A stretch of 64,000 nt of DNA from an uncultured Gemmatimonadaceae bacterium (GCA_963751275.1 CAVVTZ010000009.1:64001-128000); one strand, 5' to 3'; counted from the stretch's first letter, positions 1 through 9,923 are shown. Numbers and translations are program-made. Notes: a model not told the origin generated them from the letters alone.

Positions 1-518
1 TTCACCCACGCCGAATGGCCGTCGGCGGCGCGCATGAACGCGGGCCGGCCCGGCGCCAGTGAATCCAGCAGCTCGCGCGACGGATTCGCCGCCGGGAAGA
101 CCGGCAACGCCCATCCCCGCCCGCGCAGCCATCCGCCGCCGGGATGTTCCTTCGCGCACTTCCTGATCCTGGCTTCCACCATCGCGCGCGTGCTGTCGTC
201 ATCCAGCACGCAGTCCGAGAGCGCCATGCCGCCGCTGATCGGATGCAGATGGCTGTCCTGGAATCCCGGAAGCAGCATCTTTCCGCCGAGCTCCACGACC
301 CGGGTGCGCGGGCCGATCCACTTCGCCGCTCCCGCGTCATCGCCCACGTACACGATCTTCGCGCCGGTCACTGCCGCCGCCGTGGCGCGCGGATGCGCCG
401 TGTCCGCCGTGTACACCGTGCCGCCGCGGAAGACGAAGTCGGCCGCCGTCTGCGCCGGCGCGCGCGCGGGAAGGAACGCGAGCGCCGCGAGCAGGGCGCC
501 TCGGCGCAGGGCGCTCAC
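1..518 (-). CDS. Amidohydrolase family 3 (YtcJ-like) secreted metallo-amidohydrolase, 5' part; runs off the window
   Basis: Manual minus-strand translation: signal peptide, ADFVFRGGTVYT, VVELGGKMLLPGFQDSHLH (metal HxH), RAADGHSAWV; GTG start overlaps TGA of the upstream gene. Confidence 0.85.
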   Translation of the reverse strand, partial: MSALRRGALLAALAFLPARAPAQTAADFVFRGGTVYTADTAHPRATAAAVTGAKIVYVGDDAGAAKWIGPRTRVVELGGKMLLPGFQDSHLHPISGGMALSDCVLDDDSTRAMVEARIRKCAKEHPGGGWLRGRGWALPVFPAANPSRELLDSLAPGRPAFMRAADGHSAWV

Positions 519-1042
519 GGTTGCCACTCCTTGAGCAACTGGTCCACCTGGCTGTCGTACGAATACGCCGCGGCGGTGGCCAGCGCGCCGGCGATGAGCA
601 TCGCGAGATTCGCCGCCGTGATCGTGCCGTTGCGCGGCGCGTTCGGCGCCACCTTGGCGTTCACCTTCGCCATCGTGATCTGCACCGGCAGCACCGGCAG
701 CAGCAGCGCCGCACCGGTGAACCACGCCGGCATGCCGACGAAGAGCGCGATGTGCGCGATGAGATACGCGGCCGCGATCCCCACCGGGCTCCAGCCGCGC
801 CACACGTTCTGCTCGCGGCCGCTGTCGCGCGCCAGTTCGAACAGCCGGTACGAGGTGAGCGGCGCGAAGAGCACCCGCCACGTGGGGTTCACCGCTTCTC
901 CGCGCTGTTGATGCAGCCGGCGCCAGTTCTCCCACAGCCAGAAATACTGGTACATGCCCAGCGTGCCGAGCGTCATCACCACGAATTTCGCGGTGGTCAC
1001 AGGCCACCAGGGTGGCGGCGCGTCGGGCGCCTCGCCCGTCAC
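515..1042 (-). CDS. Membrane protein (DUF4234-like)
   Basis: 175 aa, about 4 hydrophobic segments, TLGMYQYFWLWENW motif typical of DUF4234-like proteins. Confidence 0.6.
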   Translation of the reverse strand: MTGEAPDAPPPWWPVTTAKFVVMTLGTLGMYQYFWLWENWRRLHQQRGEAVNPTWRVLFAPLTSYRLFELARDSGREQNVWRGWSPVGIAAAYLIAHIALFVGMPAWFTGAALLLPVLPVQITMAKVNAKVAPNAPRNGTITAANLAMLIAGALATAAAYSYDSQVDQLLKEWQP

Positions 1043-1043
1043 G

Positions 1044-3059
1044 CTAGCCGAGTCTCTCGAGTTCGTCGCCGAGCTCGGCGGCGCTCGCCGGGCGGTCGTT
1101 GCGGTCGCGCGAGATGGTGCGCACGATGAGCGCCGAGAGCGCGGCCGGGACCTCCGGGTTCACCTCGACTGGCGGACGCGGCGGCTCGGAGAGCATCTTG
1201 CCGATGAGCACCGTGGCGGAGTCGGCCACCCACGGCCGCGCGCCGGTGAGGCACTCGTACAGCACGATGCCCGCGGAATAGAGGTCCGCGCGCGCGTCGA
1301 TCTCGTCGCCGAGCAATTGCTCGGGCGCCATGTATTCGGGCGTGCCCACGACCATGCCCGTGCGCGTCATCCCCTGCTTCCGCTCGGTGAGGCGCGCGAT
1401 GCCGAAGTCCATCACCTTCAGCACGCCGTCGGGCTGGACCACGAGGTTCTGCGGCTTGATGTCGCGGTGGATCACGCCTTCCTCGTGCGCCACCTGCAAT
1501 GCGCGCGCGAGCTGCTTGCCGATCGTGATCGTCGCGGCGGGCGGGAGCCGTCCCTTCTTCTGCAGCAGGTCGGAGAGCGACGTGCCGGCGATGAATTCCA
1601 TCGTGATGTAGTGGGTGCCGTCCGTCTCGCCGATGTCATGCGTGCGCACGACATTGCGATGCGAGATCTTCCGCGCGAGCCGGATCTCACTGCGGAAGCG
1701 CTCGAGCGCGGTGGGGTCGTTGCTCAGGAAATCGGAACGCAGCGTCTTGATCGCCACGGGCTCGCCGAGCTGCGTGTCGGTGGCCTTGTAGACGACGCCC
1801 ATGCCGCCCTGCCCGAGCGTGCTGAGGATCTGGTAGCGGCCGGCGAAGAGCGAGCCCTGTGTGATCGCCTTGCTCGTGGAGACGGTGGCCGCGTTCGCGA
1901 AGGCCTCGGCCTTCTCGCGTGACACCTGTGCGCGCTCGCCGCTCGTCTTGAGGGTCTCCACGAGCGCCTGCTGATCGCGCAATTCCGAGAGGAGCGCGCT
2001 GAACGCGCCCGCGAGCACGCCGGTCTCATCGCGCGACTTGATCGCGGGCGGGGCGCTGTAGTCGCCGCCGGCCGCGCGTTGCGCCGTGATGACGAGCGCG
2101 CCGAGTGGCCGCGTGATGCCGCGCGCCAGGAGGATCGAGAAGAGCAAGGCGAGGACGATGCCGATCGCCGCCGCCAGGAAGAGCTCATTGCGCAACTCGG
2201 TGAACCCCGCCGCCTGTTTGGCGCGGATGCGCAGCGCGATGAATCCGCCCAGCGGCCGCCCGCTGGCCGACCGGACGGAATCATCGCGCGCCAGGTACTC
2301 CGTGCCGGCGATCGAAATGATGCGCTGGTCGTACGTGGCGCCGGCGGGGAGGTGGGCACTCACGTGCGCCGCCACGGGACCGCTCAGGTCCGCGCCGCGC
2401 TGCAGGGTGCTTGCCGACACGCGGGCCCGCCCCGCCGAATCGTACGCGAAGAAGACCACTTCGCTGCTAGTGACCGCCTTCACCGCGTAGGCGAGCGAAT
2501 CGGAGACGTTCTTGGCGGCCATGAGTACGCCGATGATCTTGCCGGTCGGCAGCGCGATCGGCACGGCGACGGCCTGAAAGAGGACGGTGTCCTGCGAGAT
2601 GCCGTAGGCACTGATGTTCTGGCCTTCGAGGGCCCCGGTGATGAGCGGCGACTGCGCGAGCGACACCGGTGGCGCCGCCGGCATGTCGCTCCGGGCGAGC
2701 CTGACGCCGGCACTGTCGGTGATCTGCACCCAGGACGCGCCGGCGCGATCCGCGGCTTCGCGCGCCTGGTCGATGAGCGTGCCGGGCTTCGCGTGCAGCA
2801 CGAGATCGCGGAAGACCGGGCTTTGGGAGAAGGTGGTCGCCCCGCGCATGAGCGTCTGCTGCTGCCCGCTGAGCAGCGTGCTCGCGGTGCGCGCGGCCTC
2901 CGAAACGGACTGATCCACCGCGTTGCGCGCGGCCTTCTCGGCGGACGCATAGCTCATCCACATCGAGACGCCCATCGCCACGACCACCACGCCGGCCGTA
3001 CCGAGGAAGATCTTCCACGCGATCGGGAAGGAGGCGCGGTCCTGGACCTTGTCAGTCAT
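1044..3059 (-). CDS. Membrane Ser/Thr (Hanks) kinase with periplasmic Cache-like sensor and HAMP domain
   Basis: TM-periplasmic-TM, HAMP (ITRPLGAL...SRDETGVLAGAF), kinase motifs GQGGMG, VAIK, HRDIKPQN, DFG, GTPEYMAPE; true start MTDKVQ at 3059 (ORF track fuses it to the upstream gene via a frameshift). Confidence 0.9.
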   Translation of the reverse strand: MTDKVQDRASFPIAWKIFLGTAGVVVVAMGVSMWMSYASAEKAARNAVDQSVSEAARTASTLLSGQQQTLMRGATTFSQSPVFRDLVLHAKPGTLIDQAREAADRAGASWVQITDSAGVRLARSDMPAAPPVSLAQSPLITGALEGQNISAYGISQDTVLFQAVAVPIALPTGKIIGVLMAAKNVSDSLAYAVKAVTSSEVVFFAYDSAGRARVSASTLQRGADLSGPVAAHVSAHLPAGATYDQRIISIAGTEYLARDDSVRSASGRPLGGFIALRIRAKQAAGFTELRNELFLAAAIGIVLALLFSILLARGITRPLGALVITAQRAAGGDYSAPPAIKSRDETGVLAGAFSALLSELRDQQALVETLKTSGERAQVSREKAEAFANAATVSTSKAITQGSLFAGRYQILSTLGQGGMGVVYKATDTQLGEPVAIKTLRSDFLSNDPTALERFRSEIRLARKISHRNVVRTHDIGETDGTHYITMEFIAGTSLSDLLQKKGRLPPAATITIGKQLARALQVAHEEGVIHRDIKPQNLVVQPDGVLKVMDFGIARLTERKQGMTRTGMVVGTPEYMAPEQLLGDEIDARADLYSAGIVLYECLTGARPWVADSATVLIGKMLSEPPRPPVEVNPEVPAALSALIVRTISRDRNDRPASAAELGDELERLG

Positions 3060-3061
3060 CG

Positions 3062-3746
3062 CTAGTACTTGTCTCCTTGGGCCTCGTAGTCCATACCGTG
3101 CTTGTTCTTGTGCGCTTCCAGCCGGAAGCCGCGCGCGTCGAGCTGGACGTTCTCGCCGGTGAGGCCCGACGCCGGCACGTTCAACTTGCGCAGCAGCTCG
3201 CCGCCGCGCTCGTGCCAGATGTGCAGCGTGTACGCGCCCGCCGGAACCGCCGGGATCGTGAACGTGCCGTCCGAGCCGGCTTGCGTGAACCACGGCGTGG
3301 CGAGCACGACGATGACGGCGGACATTCTGCTCATGGATGTTGCAGAATACCGCGTACACGCCGGGGCTCTTGAGCACCTGCTGCAGGGTCGTTCCGCGGT
3401 CCGAGAGCCCATAGTCGAACGTGCCGCCGGCGGAATTGGAGAACGCGTTGTGCTGGAAGGGATCCTGATTCTGGAACTGGATGGTGCTGCCCTCGGTGAT
3501 GATCGTGATGTGCGGCAAGAATTCGCGCCCGTGCATGGTGATCAGCGCGTGCGATGGCTTGGTCGGGGACCTGGCTCCGGGCGCGGTCTCGAGATACACC
3601 ACGGTGTTCGCGAGATCGGGCGTGGACTTGCCCTTCTTCTCGATGACCGAGACCTGTCCGCTCACCGCGCCTTGCGCCGGGAGAACGACGCAGGCCAGGA
3701 GCAACGCGCACACCACGGACCCTGTTCGAACTGGCAGCATCGCCAT
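3062..3746 (-). CDS. Secreted cupredoxin-fold plus carboxypeptidase-regulatory-like domain protein; one frameshift near 3327
   Basis: Signal peptide, NQDPFQHNAFS, FCNIHEQ|MSAVIVV (C-x2-H-x2-M restored by removing one A), then DGTFTIPAVPAGAYTLHIWH. Confidence 0.8.
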
Positions 3747-3840
3747 GACACTCCGTGCGCGGATGAATGGGACCGCCCTCATCCCGGAGGAAAATGTGCC
3801 CTGCGGCGCACGACGGAGTCAAGCACGGCGAACTACAGGC

Positions 3841-3971
3841 CCTAGTACCGCTTGAGGTGCGCGTCTGGGAGGCAGCGTGTAGTACCGCGCTGCGGGAGTG
3901 GATACGGCGGCTACTCCCGCATTGCCCTACCACACGCTGCCTCCCAGACGCGCACCTCAAGCGGTACTAGG
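3841..3971. mobile_element. Palindromic MITE-like element, 40-bp perfect terminal inverted repeats, CTAG at both ends
   Basis: 3841-3880 CCTAGTACCGCTTGAGGTGCGCGTCTGGGAGGCAGCGTGT is the exact reverse complement of 3932-3971; inner stem TGCGGGAGT/ACTCCCGCA. Confidence 0.65.
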
Positions 3972-4181
3972 CCCCACACGCGCCCCTGATACCCAGTTGA
4001 ACTCAGCGCCCCCGCGATTAGATTCGACAGCAATTGAACCCGCGGCGATTTCTTGCGATTGCGGCCGCGTTACAAATCCTGCTAAACCGCTCGCGTGCAG
4101 AATGCAGTTCAGCCCGGGGGCGGTGGTCGCCTGCCGGGCTTCGTCTTTGCCGGCGGGCACTTCTCTGGAGCCCGTTCCCTC

Positions 4182-5376
4182 ATGACGCATTCCACCGGCG
4201 ATTCGTACGTCTTCTCCAGCGAGTCGGTGTCCGAAGGGCATCCCGACAAACTGGCCGACCGCATCAGCGATCGCGTGCTCGACCACTTCCTCTCGCTCGA
4301 CCCGAAATCGCGCGTCGCATGCGAGACGCTCGTCACGAAGAACTACGTCTGCATTGCCGGTGAGTGGCGGTCCAAGGCCGACGTGTCGGCGGCGGACATC
4401 GAGCGCCTCGCGCGCGAGGTGATCCTCGAAACGGGCTACGATGGCTTCGATGAACGCTTCGGCCACCAGACCGCCGTGGTCGATGTGCGGCTGCAGCCGC
4501 AGGCGTTCGAGATCGCGAACGCGGTGGATCTCTCCAAGGCGAGCGCCGAACTGCAGGGCGCAGGCGACCAGGGACTGATGTTCGGCTTCGCGTGCGACGA
4601 TACGCCGTCGCTCATGCCGGCGCCCATCACCTACGCGCACGCGATCGTCCGCGAACTCGCCCGCGCGCGCAAGGCGAAGGAGATCCCCTGGCTGCGCCCC
4701 GACGCGAAATCGCAGGTCTCGATCCGTTATCACGGCACGCATCCCGCCGAGGTCACGCGCGCGGTGGTCTCCACGCAGCACGAGCCCGCGGCGACGCTCA
4801 AGATGATCGGCGAGTACGTCATCGAGCAGCTGCTGCCCAAGGTGATCCCCGCCGCGCTGCTCACCAAGGGCTGGAAGGACCGCGTGCTCGCCAATCCCTC
4901 CGACGCCTTCACCGAAGGCGGCCCCGCCACCGACACCGGACTCACCGGGCGGAAGATCATCGTGGACAGCTACGGCGGCTTCGCGCGCCACGGCGGCGGC
5001 GCGTTCAGCGGCAAAGACCCCTCCAAGGTGGATCGCTCGGCGGCCTACGCGGCGCGGTGGGTGGCGAAGAACATCGTGGCGGCCGGCCTCGCGACCAAGT
5101 GCGAGGTGCAGCTCGCCTACGCGATCGGCGTGCGCGAACCGGTGTCGATCATGGTCGAGAGCTTCGGCACCTCCACGCTCACGCGCGCCGAGCTCGATGC
5201 ACGCGTGGCGAAGGCGTTCGATCTCACGCCGTTCGGCATCATTCGCGACCTGCAGCTGGAGAAGCCCATCTGATTACTCGACTGCGGCGTACGGGCATTT
5301 CGGCAGGGAGCCGGGCGAGGTGAGAGGCGGATTCAGCTGGGAAAGCCCATCGCGAGTGAAGGCGCTCGTCGGCTGA
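4182..5376 (+). CDS. metK: S-adenosylmethionine synthetase; frameshift near 5271
   Basis: FSSESVSEGHPDK, GAGDQG, GGGAFSGKDPSKVDRS; the C-terminal TAAYGHFGR...FSWE continues in another frame to TGA at 5374-5376. Confidence 0.97.
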
Positions 5377-5389
5377 ATCCGGTCGGTAC

Positions 5390-5477
5390 CAGTCGTTGGT
5401 CGTACGCGTTTAGAACTACACGACAGGACGTTGTTGGCAGACCGTTGGGGTTCTTACGGCCAACGACGAACGACTGT
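5390..5477. repeat. Imperfect intergenic hairpin whose left arm recurs at 35476-35505
   Basis: CAGTCGTTGGTCGTACGCGTTTAGAAC ... GTTCTTACGGCAACGACGAACGACTG; 29/30 identity of 5390-5419 with 35476-35505. Confidence 0.7.
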
Positions 5478-5542
5478 GTCTGTTCCCCTACGGCTTTCTC
5501 CCGTCTTGTCAGGGCCCTTGGCGGGAGGTAAGGTAGGCACCA

Positions 5543-6649
5543 ATGGTCACCATCGGAGTGCCGTCGGAGACGACGGCCGATGAGGCGCGGGTCGCGCTCG
5601 TCCCGGAGAGCGTCGCCAAGCTCGTGAAGGCGGGCGCGGCGGTCGTGGTGCAGCGCGGCGCCGGTCTGCGCGCGGGGTTCCCCGATGATGCCTATGTGAA
5701 GGCCGGCGCGACGCTGGCGCCCGATGCGGCGTCGGCGTGCGCGGAGGCCGCGGTGGTCGTTCACGTGCGCCGCCCCTCAGCATCGGAGGCGGCGCTTCTG
5801 CGTCCGGGCACGGTGCTCATCGCGCTGCTCCAGCCCGCCGCGAGTGCCGATCTCTTCGCCGCGCTCGCGCAGCGCAAGGTGAGCGCGCTCGCCCTCGAAC
5901 GCGTCCCGCGCATCACGCGCGCGCAATCCATGGACGTGCTCTCGTCGCAGAGTACCGCGTCCGGCTACAAGGCCGTGCTGATCGGCGCCTCGGCGCTCGG
6001 CAAGTTCCTGCCGATGCTCACCACCGCCGCCGGCTCGATCCGCCCCGCGCAGGTGTTCGTGATCGGCGCGGGCGTGGCCGGGCTGCAGGCGATCGCCACC
6101 GCGCGCCGCCTCGGCGGCGTCGTTTCCGCCTTCGACGTGCGCGCCGCGGCCGCCGAGCAGGTGAAGAGCCTCGGCGCCACCTTCGTCGCGACCGACCTGG
6201 TTTCCGCGAGCGCGGAGGACAAGGGCGGCTACGCGAAGGCGCAGGCTGAGGATGAACGCGCGCGCACGCTGGACGCGATCGCGAAACATATCGTGTCGCA
6301 AGACCTCGTGATCACCACCGCGCTCATTCCCGGCAAGCCCGCGCCCGTGCTGATCACGGCCGCGATGGTGAAGAGCATGCGGCCCGGTGCGGTGATCGTG
6401 GACCTCGCGGCGGAAGCGGGCGGCAACTGCGAACTCACCAAGCCCGGCGAGACGGTGGTCGTGAACGAGGTGACGATCATCGGCGCCATGAACCTCGCGG
6501 CCACCGTGCCGCTGCACGCGAGCGAGATGCTCAGCCGCAACGTGCTCACGCTGCTGCAGCACCTGATCAAGGACGGCGCGATCACGATCGATCCCGCCGA
6601 GGAGATCACGAAGGCGATGCTCGTCACGCACGACGGAGCGATCCTGTGA
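5543..6649 (+). CDS. pntAA: NAD(P) transhydrogenase subunit alpha part 1
   Basis: RVALVPESV, RITRAQSMDVLSSQ, IGAGVAGLQA, TTALIPGKPAP, GGNCELT. Confidence 0.96.
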   Translation: MVTIGVPSETTADEARVALVPESVAKLVKAGAAVVVQRGAGLRAGFPDDAYVKAGATLAPDAASACAEAAVVVHVRRPSASEAALLRPGTVLIALLQPAASADLFAALAQRKVSALALERVPRITRAQSMDVLSSQSTASGYKAVLIGASALGKFLPMLTTAAGSIRPAQVFVIGAGVAGLQAIATARRLGGVVSAFDVRAAAAEQVKSLGATFVATDLVSASAEDKGGYAKAQAEDERARTLDAIAKHIVSQDLVITTALIPGKPAPVLITAAMVKSMRPGAVIVDLAAEAGGNCELTKPGETVVVNEVTIIGAMNLAATVPLHASEMLSRNVLTLLQHLIKDGAITIDPAEEITKAMLVTHDGAIL

Positions 6650-6984
6650 GCCTCACACTGCTGCAGCTGTACGTGTTCGTCCTCGCCGCGTTCGTCGGCT
6701 TCCTCGTGATCACGCGCGTGCCGCCGCTGCTGCACACGCCGCTGATGAGCGCGACCAACGCGATCAGCGCCATCAGCCTCGTGGGCTCGCTGGTGGCCGC
6801 GGGATCCAACAAGGGCACCGTGTCCACCGTGCTCGGCTTCATCGCGGTCGCGGCCGCGATGACCAACGTCGTCGGCGGATTCATCATCACCGACCGCATG
6901 CTGAAGATGTTCAAGCGGGAGCCGGCAGCCGGAAAGGCGAATACGAGCCCGAGTCCCGAGTCCCGACTCCCGGGCAGTAAGTAG
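6646..6984 (+). CDS. pntAB: NAD(P) transhydrogenase subunit alpha part 2
   Basis: VPPLLHTPLMSATNAIS, NVVGGFIITDRMLKMFK. Confidence 0.95.
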   Translation: MSLTLLQLYVFVLAAFVGFLVITRVPPLLHTPLMSATNAISAISLVGSLVAAGSNKGTVSTVLGFIAVAAAMTNVVGGFIITDRMLKMFKREPAAGKANTSPSPESRLPGSK

Positions 6985-6986
6985 TC

Positions 6987-8363
6987 ATGTCCGAACTCTT
7001 CACCCAGGGCAGCTACCTCGCCGCTTCGGTCCTGTTCATCCTGGGCCTGAAGAGTCTCACGCACCCCGACACCGCGCGCCGCGGCATGCAGTTCGCGGCC
7101 GTGGGCATGCTGCTGGCGATCGTCGGCACGCTCGTCCAGCACGAGATCGTTTCGTACGGCTGGATCCTGGCGGGACTCGCACTCGGCACGGCGATCGGGG
7201 TCCCGCTCGGCGTCTTCGTCCCGATGACCGCGATGCCGCAGCGGATCGCGATCTCGCACATGTTCGGCGCGCTCGCCGCGACGCTCGTCGGTGTCGCCGA
7301 GTTCTGGGTGCACGGTCCCGAGATCGGCCACGCGAAGATGGCGGCGCTCGGGTTCGAGGTGTTGTTCGGCGCGCTCACCGTGACCGGCAGCTTCATGGCC
7401 TTCGGCAAGCTGCAGGAGATCATCACGGGCCGCGCCGTGACCTACCGCGGGCAGAACGCCGTGAACATCGCGCTGTTCGGGACCACGCTCGCGATGTTCG
7501 GCTATCTCATCGCGAACCCGTACAGCCCGACGGTCTTCTTCGTCATGATCGGGCTCAGCCTGCTCATCGGCATCTTCATGGTGCTGCCGATCGGCGGCGC
7601 CGACATGCCGGTCGTCATCTCGCTGCTCAATTCGTACGCCGGCCTCGCGAGCTCGGCCACCGGCTTCGCGATCGGGAACAACGTGCTGATCATCGCCGGC
7701 GCGCTCGACGGCGCGAGCGGGTTCATCCTCTCGATCATCATGAGCAAGGCGATGAACCGCTCGTTCGGGAACATCATCTTCGGCGCATTCGGCGCGGCCG
7801 CGCCCAAGAGCGACAAGACGGCCAGCGGCCTGAGCGTGAGCCCGATCAGCGCCGAGGACGCCGCGATCCAGCTCGCCTACGCCAAGCTCGTGATCGTCGT
7901 GCCGGGCTACGGCCTCGCGGTGGCGCAGGCGCAGCACCAGGTGCGCGAGCTCGCCGAGTTGATCGAGAAGAAGGGCGGGGAAGTGAAGTACGCGATCCAC
8001 CCGGTGGCCGGCCGCATGCCCGGCCACATGAACGTGCTGCTCGCCGAGGCGAACGTGCCATACGATCGCCTGTACGATATGGATGAGATCAACTCGGAGT
8101 TCGAACGCGCCGACGTGTGCCTCGTGATCGGCGCGAACGACGTCGTGAACCCGGCCGCGCGCAACGACAAGAGCAGCCCGATCTACGGCATGCCGATCCT
8201 GAACGCGGACAAGGCGCAGCGCATCATCGTGATGAAGCGCAGCATGAATCCGGGCTTCGCGGGGATCGAGAACGAGCTGTTCTACAATGAGAAGACATCC
8301 ATGCTGTTCGGGGATGCGAAGGCGTCGTTGTCGAAGCTCGTGGCGGAGGTCAAGCAAGCGTAA
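6987..8363 (+). CDS. pntB: NAD(P) transhydrogenase subunit beta
   Basis: IGGADMPVVISLLNSYAG, IHPVAGRMPGHMNVLLAEA, IGANDVVNPAA. Confidence 0.97.
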   Translation: MSELFTQGSYLAASVLFILGLKSLTHPDTARRGMQFAAVGMLLAIVGTLVQHEIVSYGWILAGLALGTAIGVPLGVFVPMTAMPQRIAISHMFGALAATLVGVAEFWVHGPEIGHAKMAALGFEVLFGALTVTGSFMAFGKLQEIITGRAVTYRGQNAVNIALFGTTLAMFGYLIANPYSPTVFFVMIGLSLLIGIFMVLPIGGADMPVVISLLNSYAGLASSATGFAIGNNVLIIAGALDGASGFILSIIMSKAMNRSFGNIIFGAFGAAAPKSDKTASGLSVSPISAEDAAIQLAYAKLVIVVPGYGLAVAQAQHQVRELAELIEKKGGEVKYAIHPVAGRMPGHMNVLLAEANVPYDRLYDMDEINSEFERADVCLVIGANDVVNPAARNDKSSPIYGMPILNADKAQRIIVMKRSMNPGFAGIENELFYNEKTSMLFGDAKASLSKLVAEVKQA

Positions 8364-8443
8364 CGGCGGACATCGACTGTCGACTGTCGACTGTCGCCTG
8401 CGAACGGTGGGGAACCGGACCCCCCACCCAGGGTAGCCAATCC

Positions 8444-9340
8444 ATGCGAAAATGGATCGTTGCCGCCGCGGTCGGCTTTCTTGCACTGCCCGCCGTCGCG
8501 CAGCCTGGGCTGCCGCCGGGCAACCGCCCCAACCGCACCGTCGAGACGCATTCGATCACCGATCCGGAAGGCTCGCTCATTGGGTATTACTCGGCGCTCA
8601 CGATCTTCGCGCCGGATGGGGCGCCGTCGCCGTCCAAGGCGTGGACCGTGGACCTCACCGCGAACCTCGGCTACGTGCCGCCGCTGAACTACGATCAGCG
8701 CACCGCGGGACGCGACAAGCCGGAGGCGACGAACCTCACATCGGTGTTCGGATATCCCAAAGTGACGCTCTGGCTGCCCTATGGCCTCGGCGTCGAGGCG
8801 GCGTACACACCGCCGTTCGACGTGAACGGCGCCATTCCGCACATCTATTCGTTCGCCGCCGACTGGCACGTCACGACGTGGAAATCGATTGCGCTCGTGC
8901 CGCGGCTGACGTATACCGGCGGCTACATCGAGGCGCCCATTACCTGCAACTCGAGCCTCGCCACGAGCGGCAACTTCAGCTGGGAATTCTATTGGGAGAA
9001 GATCTGCAACAGCCTCGAGAGCCATGACCGCTTCGAGCCGGACCAGTGGACGCTCGAACTGAACGGCTCCGGTTCGATCATGGGCGGAAAGGTGCTCCCC
9101 TTCGCCGGACTCGGCGTGGTGCAGTACAACTCGACGTTCGACATCCAGGTGCAGAACGGCAGCGGCGGGATCGACACCGATCATCCGATCCTCAAGATGA
9201 GCGCGACCAAGGGCTACGGCACGCTCGGCGCGACGTGGGTCGTGTCGAGCATGGTGCGGTTCGGCGGATCACTCTTCTATGCGCCGGGTTCGGTGTTCAC
9301 CGGCCGGCTCTCCGCCACGGTGAGGCTCAACGGCGAATGA
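8444..9340 (+). CDS. Secreted, probably outer-membrane beta-barrel protein
   Basis: Signal peptide, alternating amphipathic beta-strands, two Cys; family not recognised. Confidence 0.55.
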   Translation: MRKWIVAAAVGFLALPAVAQPGLPPGNRPNRTVETHSITDPEGSLIGYYSALTIFAPDGAPSPSKAWTVDLTANLGYVPPLNYDQRTAGRDKPEATNLTSVFGYPKVTLWLPYGLGVEAAYTPPFDVNGAIPHIYSFAADWHVTTWKSIALVPRLTYTGGYIEAPITCNSSLATSGNFSWEFYWEKICNSLESHDRFEPDQWTLELNGSGSIMGGKVLPFAGLGVVQYNSTFDIQVQNGSGGIDTDHPILKMSATKGYGTLGATWVVSSMVRFGGSLFYAPGSVFTGRLSATVRLNGE

Positions 9341-9789
9341 GGACCACCCGGTACGTTCTCGCCGCGGCGGCGTTCCTCGCCCTGCCAGCCGTCTATGCCT
9401 GCGTGGATTTCACCTCGTCCGAGGGTCCCGCCGGCGGATTGCCCGACGTCTTGATCGCGAACCCGTCGCTCAATACCGACATCCAACCGATCTTCACCAA
9501 GCGCTGCGCGATCGGCGGCTGCCACACGCCCGCCGAGGACCGCGTGGGCCTCATCCTCACGGCGGGGGTCGCGCGCGACAGTCTGGTGAACGTCACCTCG
9601 TTCCACGGCGCGCCGCTCAAGCGGGTGCTGCCGGGTGACCACTTCGACAGTTATCTCTGGCGCGTGCTGCAGCCCGATTCCACGCTCCACGTGGGCCTCC
9701 CGCGCATGCCCCTCGCCGCGACGCCGCTCACCGCGAACCAGATCCAGAACATCGCGAATTGGATCGACGAGGGAGCGCCTGACAACTAG
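9337..9789 (+). CDS. Lipoprotein with c-type cytochrome-like domain (atypical CX4CH)
   Basis: Lipobox VYAC; IQPIFTKRCAIGGCH...PG..FDSYL...RMP...LTANQIQNIANWIDEGA resembles Planctomycete-type cytochrome c domains; ATG overlaps upstream TGA. Confidence 0.65.
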   Translation: MRTTRYVLAAAAFLALPAVYACVDFTSSEGPAGGLPDVLIANPSLNTDIQPIFTKRCAIGGCHTPAEDRVGLILTAGVARDSLVNVTSFHGAPLKRVLPGDHFDSYLWRVLQPDSTLHVGLPRMPLAATPLTANQIQNIANWIDEGAPDN

Positions 9790-9873
9790 AACACCAACGG
9801 CAGACTGGCGGCTGTCGCCAACAACCGCGGGCGACAGCCGACAGCCTCCAGTCTGCCGGTAGCGACAAAAAGA

Positions 9874-9902
9874 AACGGGCCCGGCTTTCGCCGGGCCCGT
9901 TC
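9874..9902 (-). terminator. Intrinsic terminator of the pilin gene
   Basis: AACGGGCCCGGC-TTTC-GCCGGGCCCGTT hairpin; A-run at 9867-9875 gives a U-tract on the minus strand. Confidence 0.85.
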
Positions 9903-9923
9903 AGTCCTACGCCAGCGTTGGAA

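Noticed and set aside
4090..4181. SAM riboswitch upstream of metK
   Set aside because: Hairpins are present (AGCCCGG/CCGGGCT) but I could not match SAM-I/II/IV core motifs; it needs an Infernal search.
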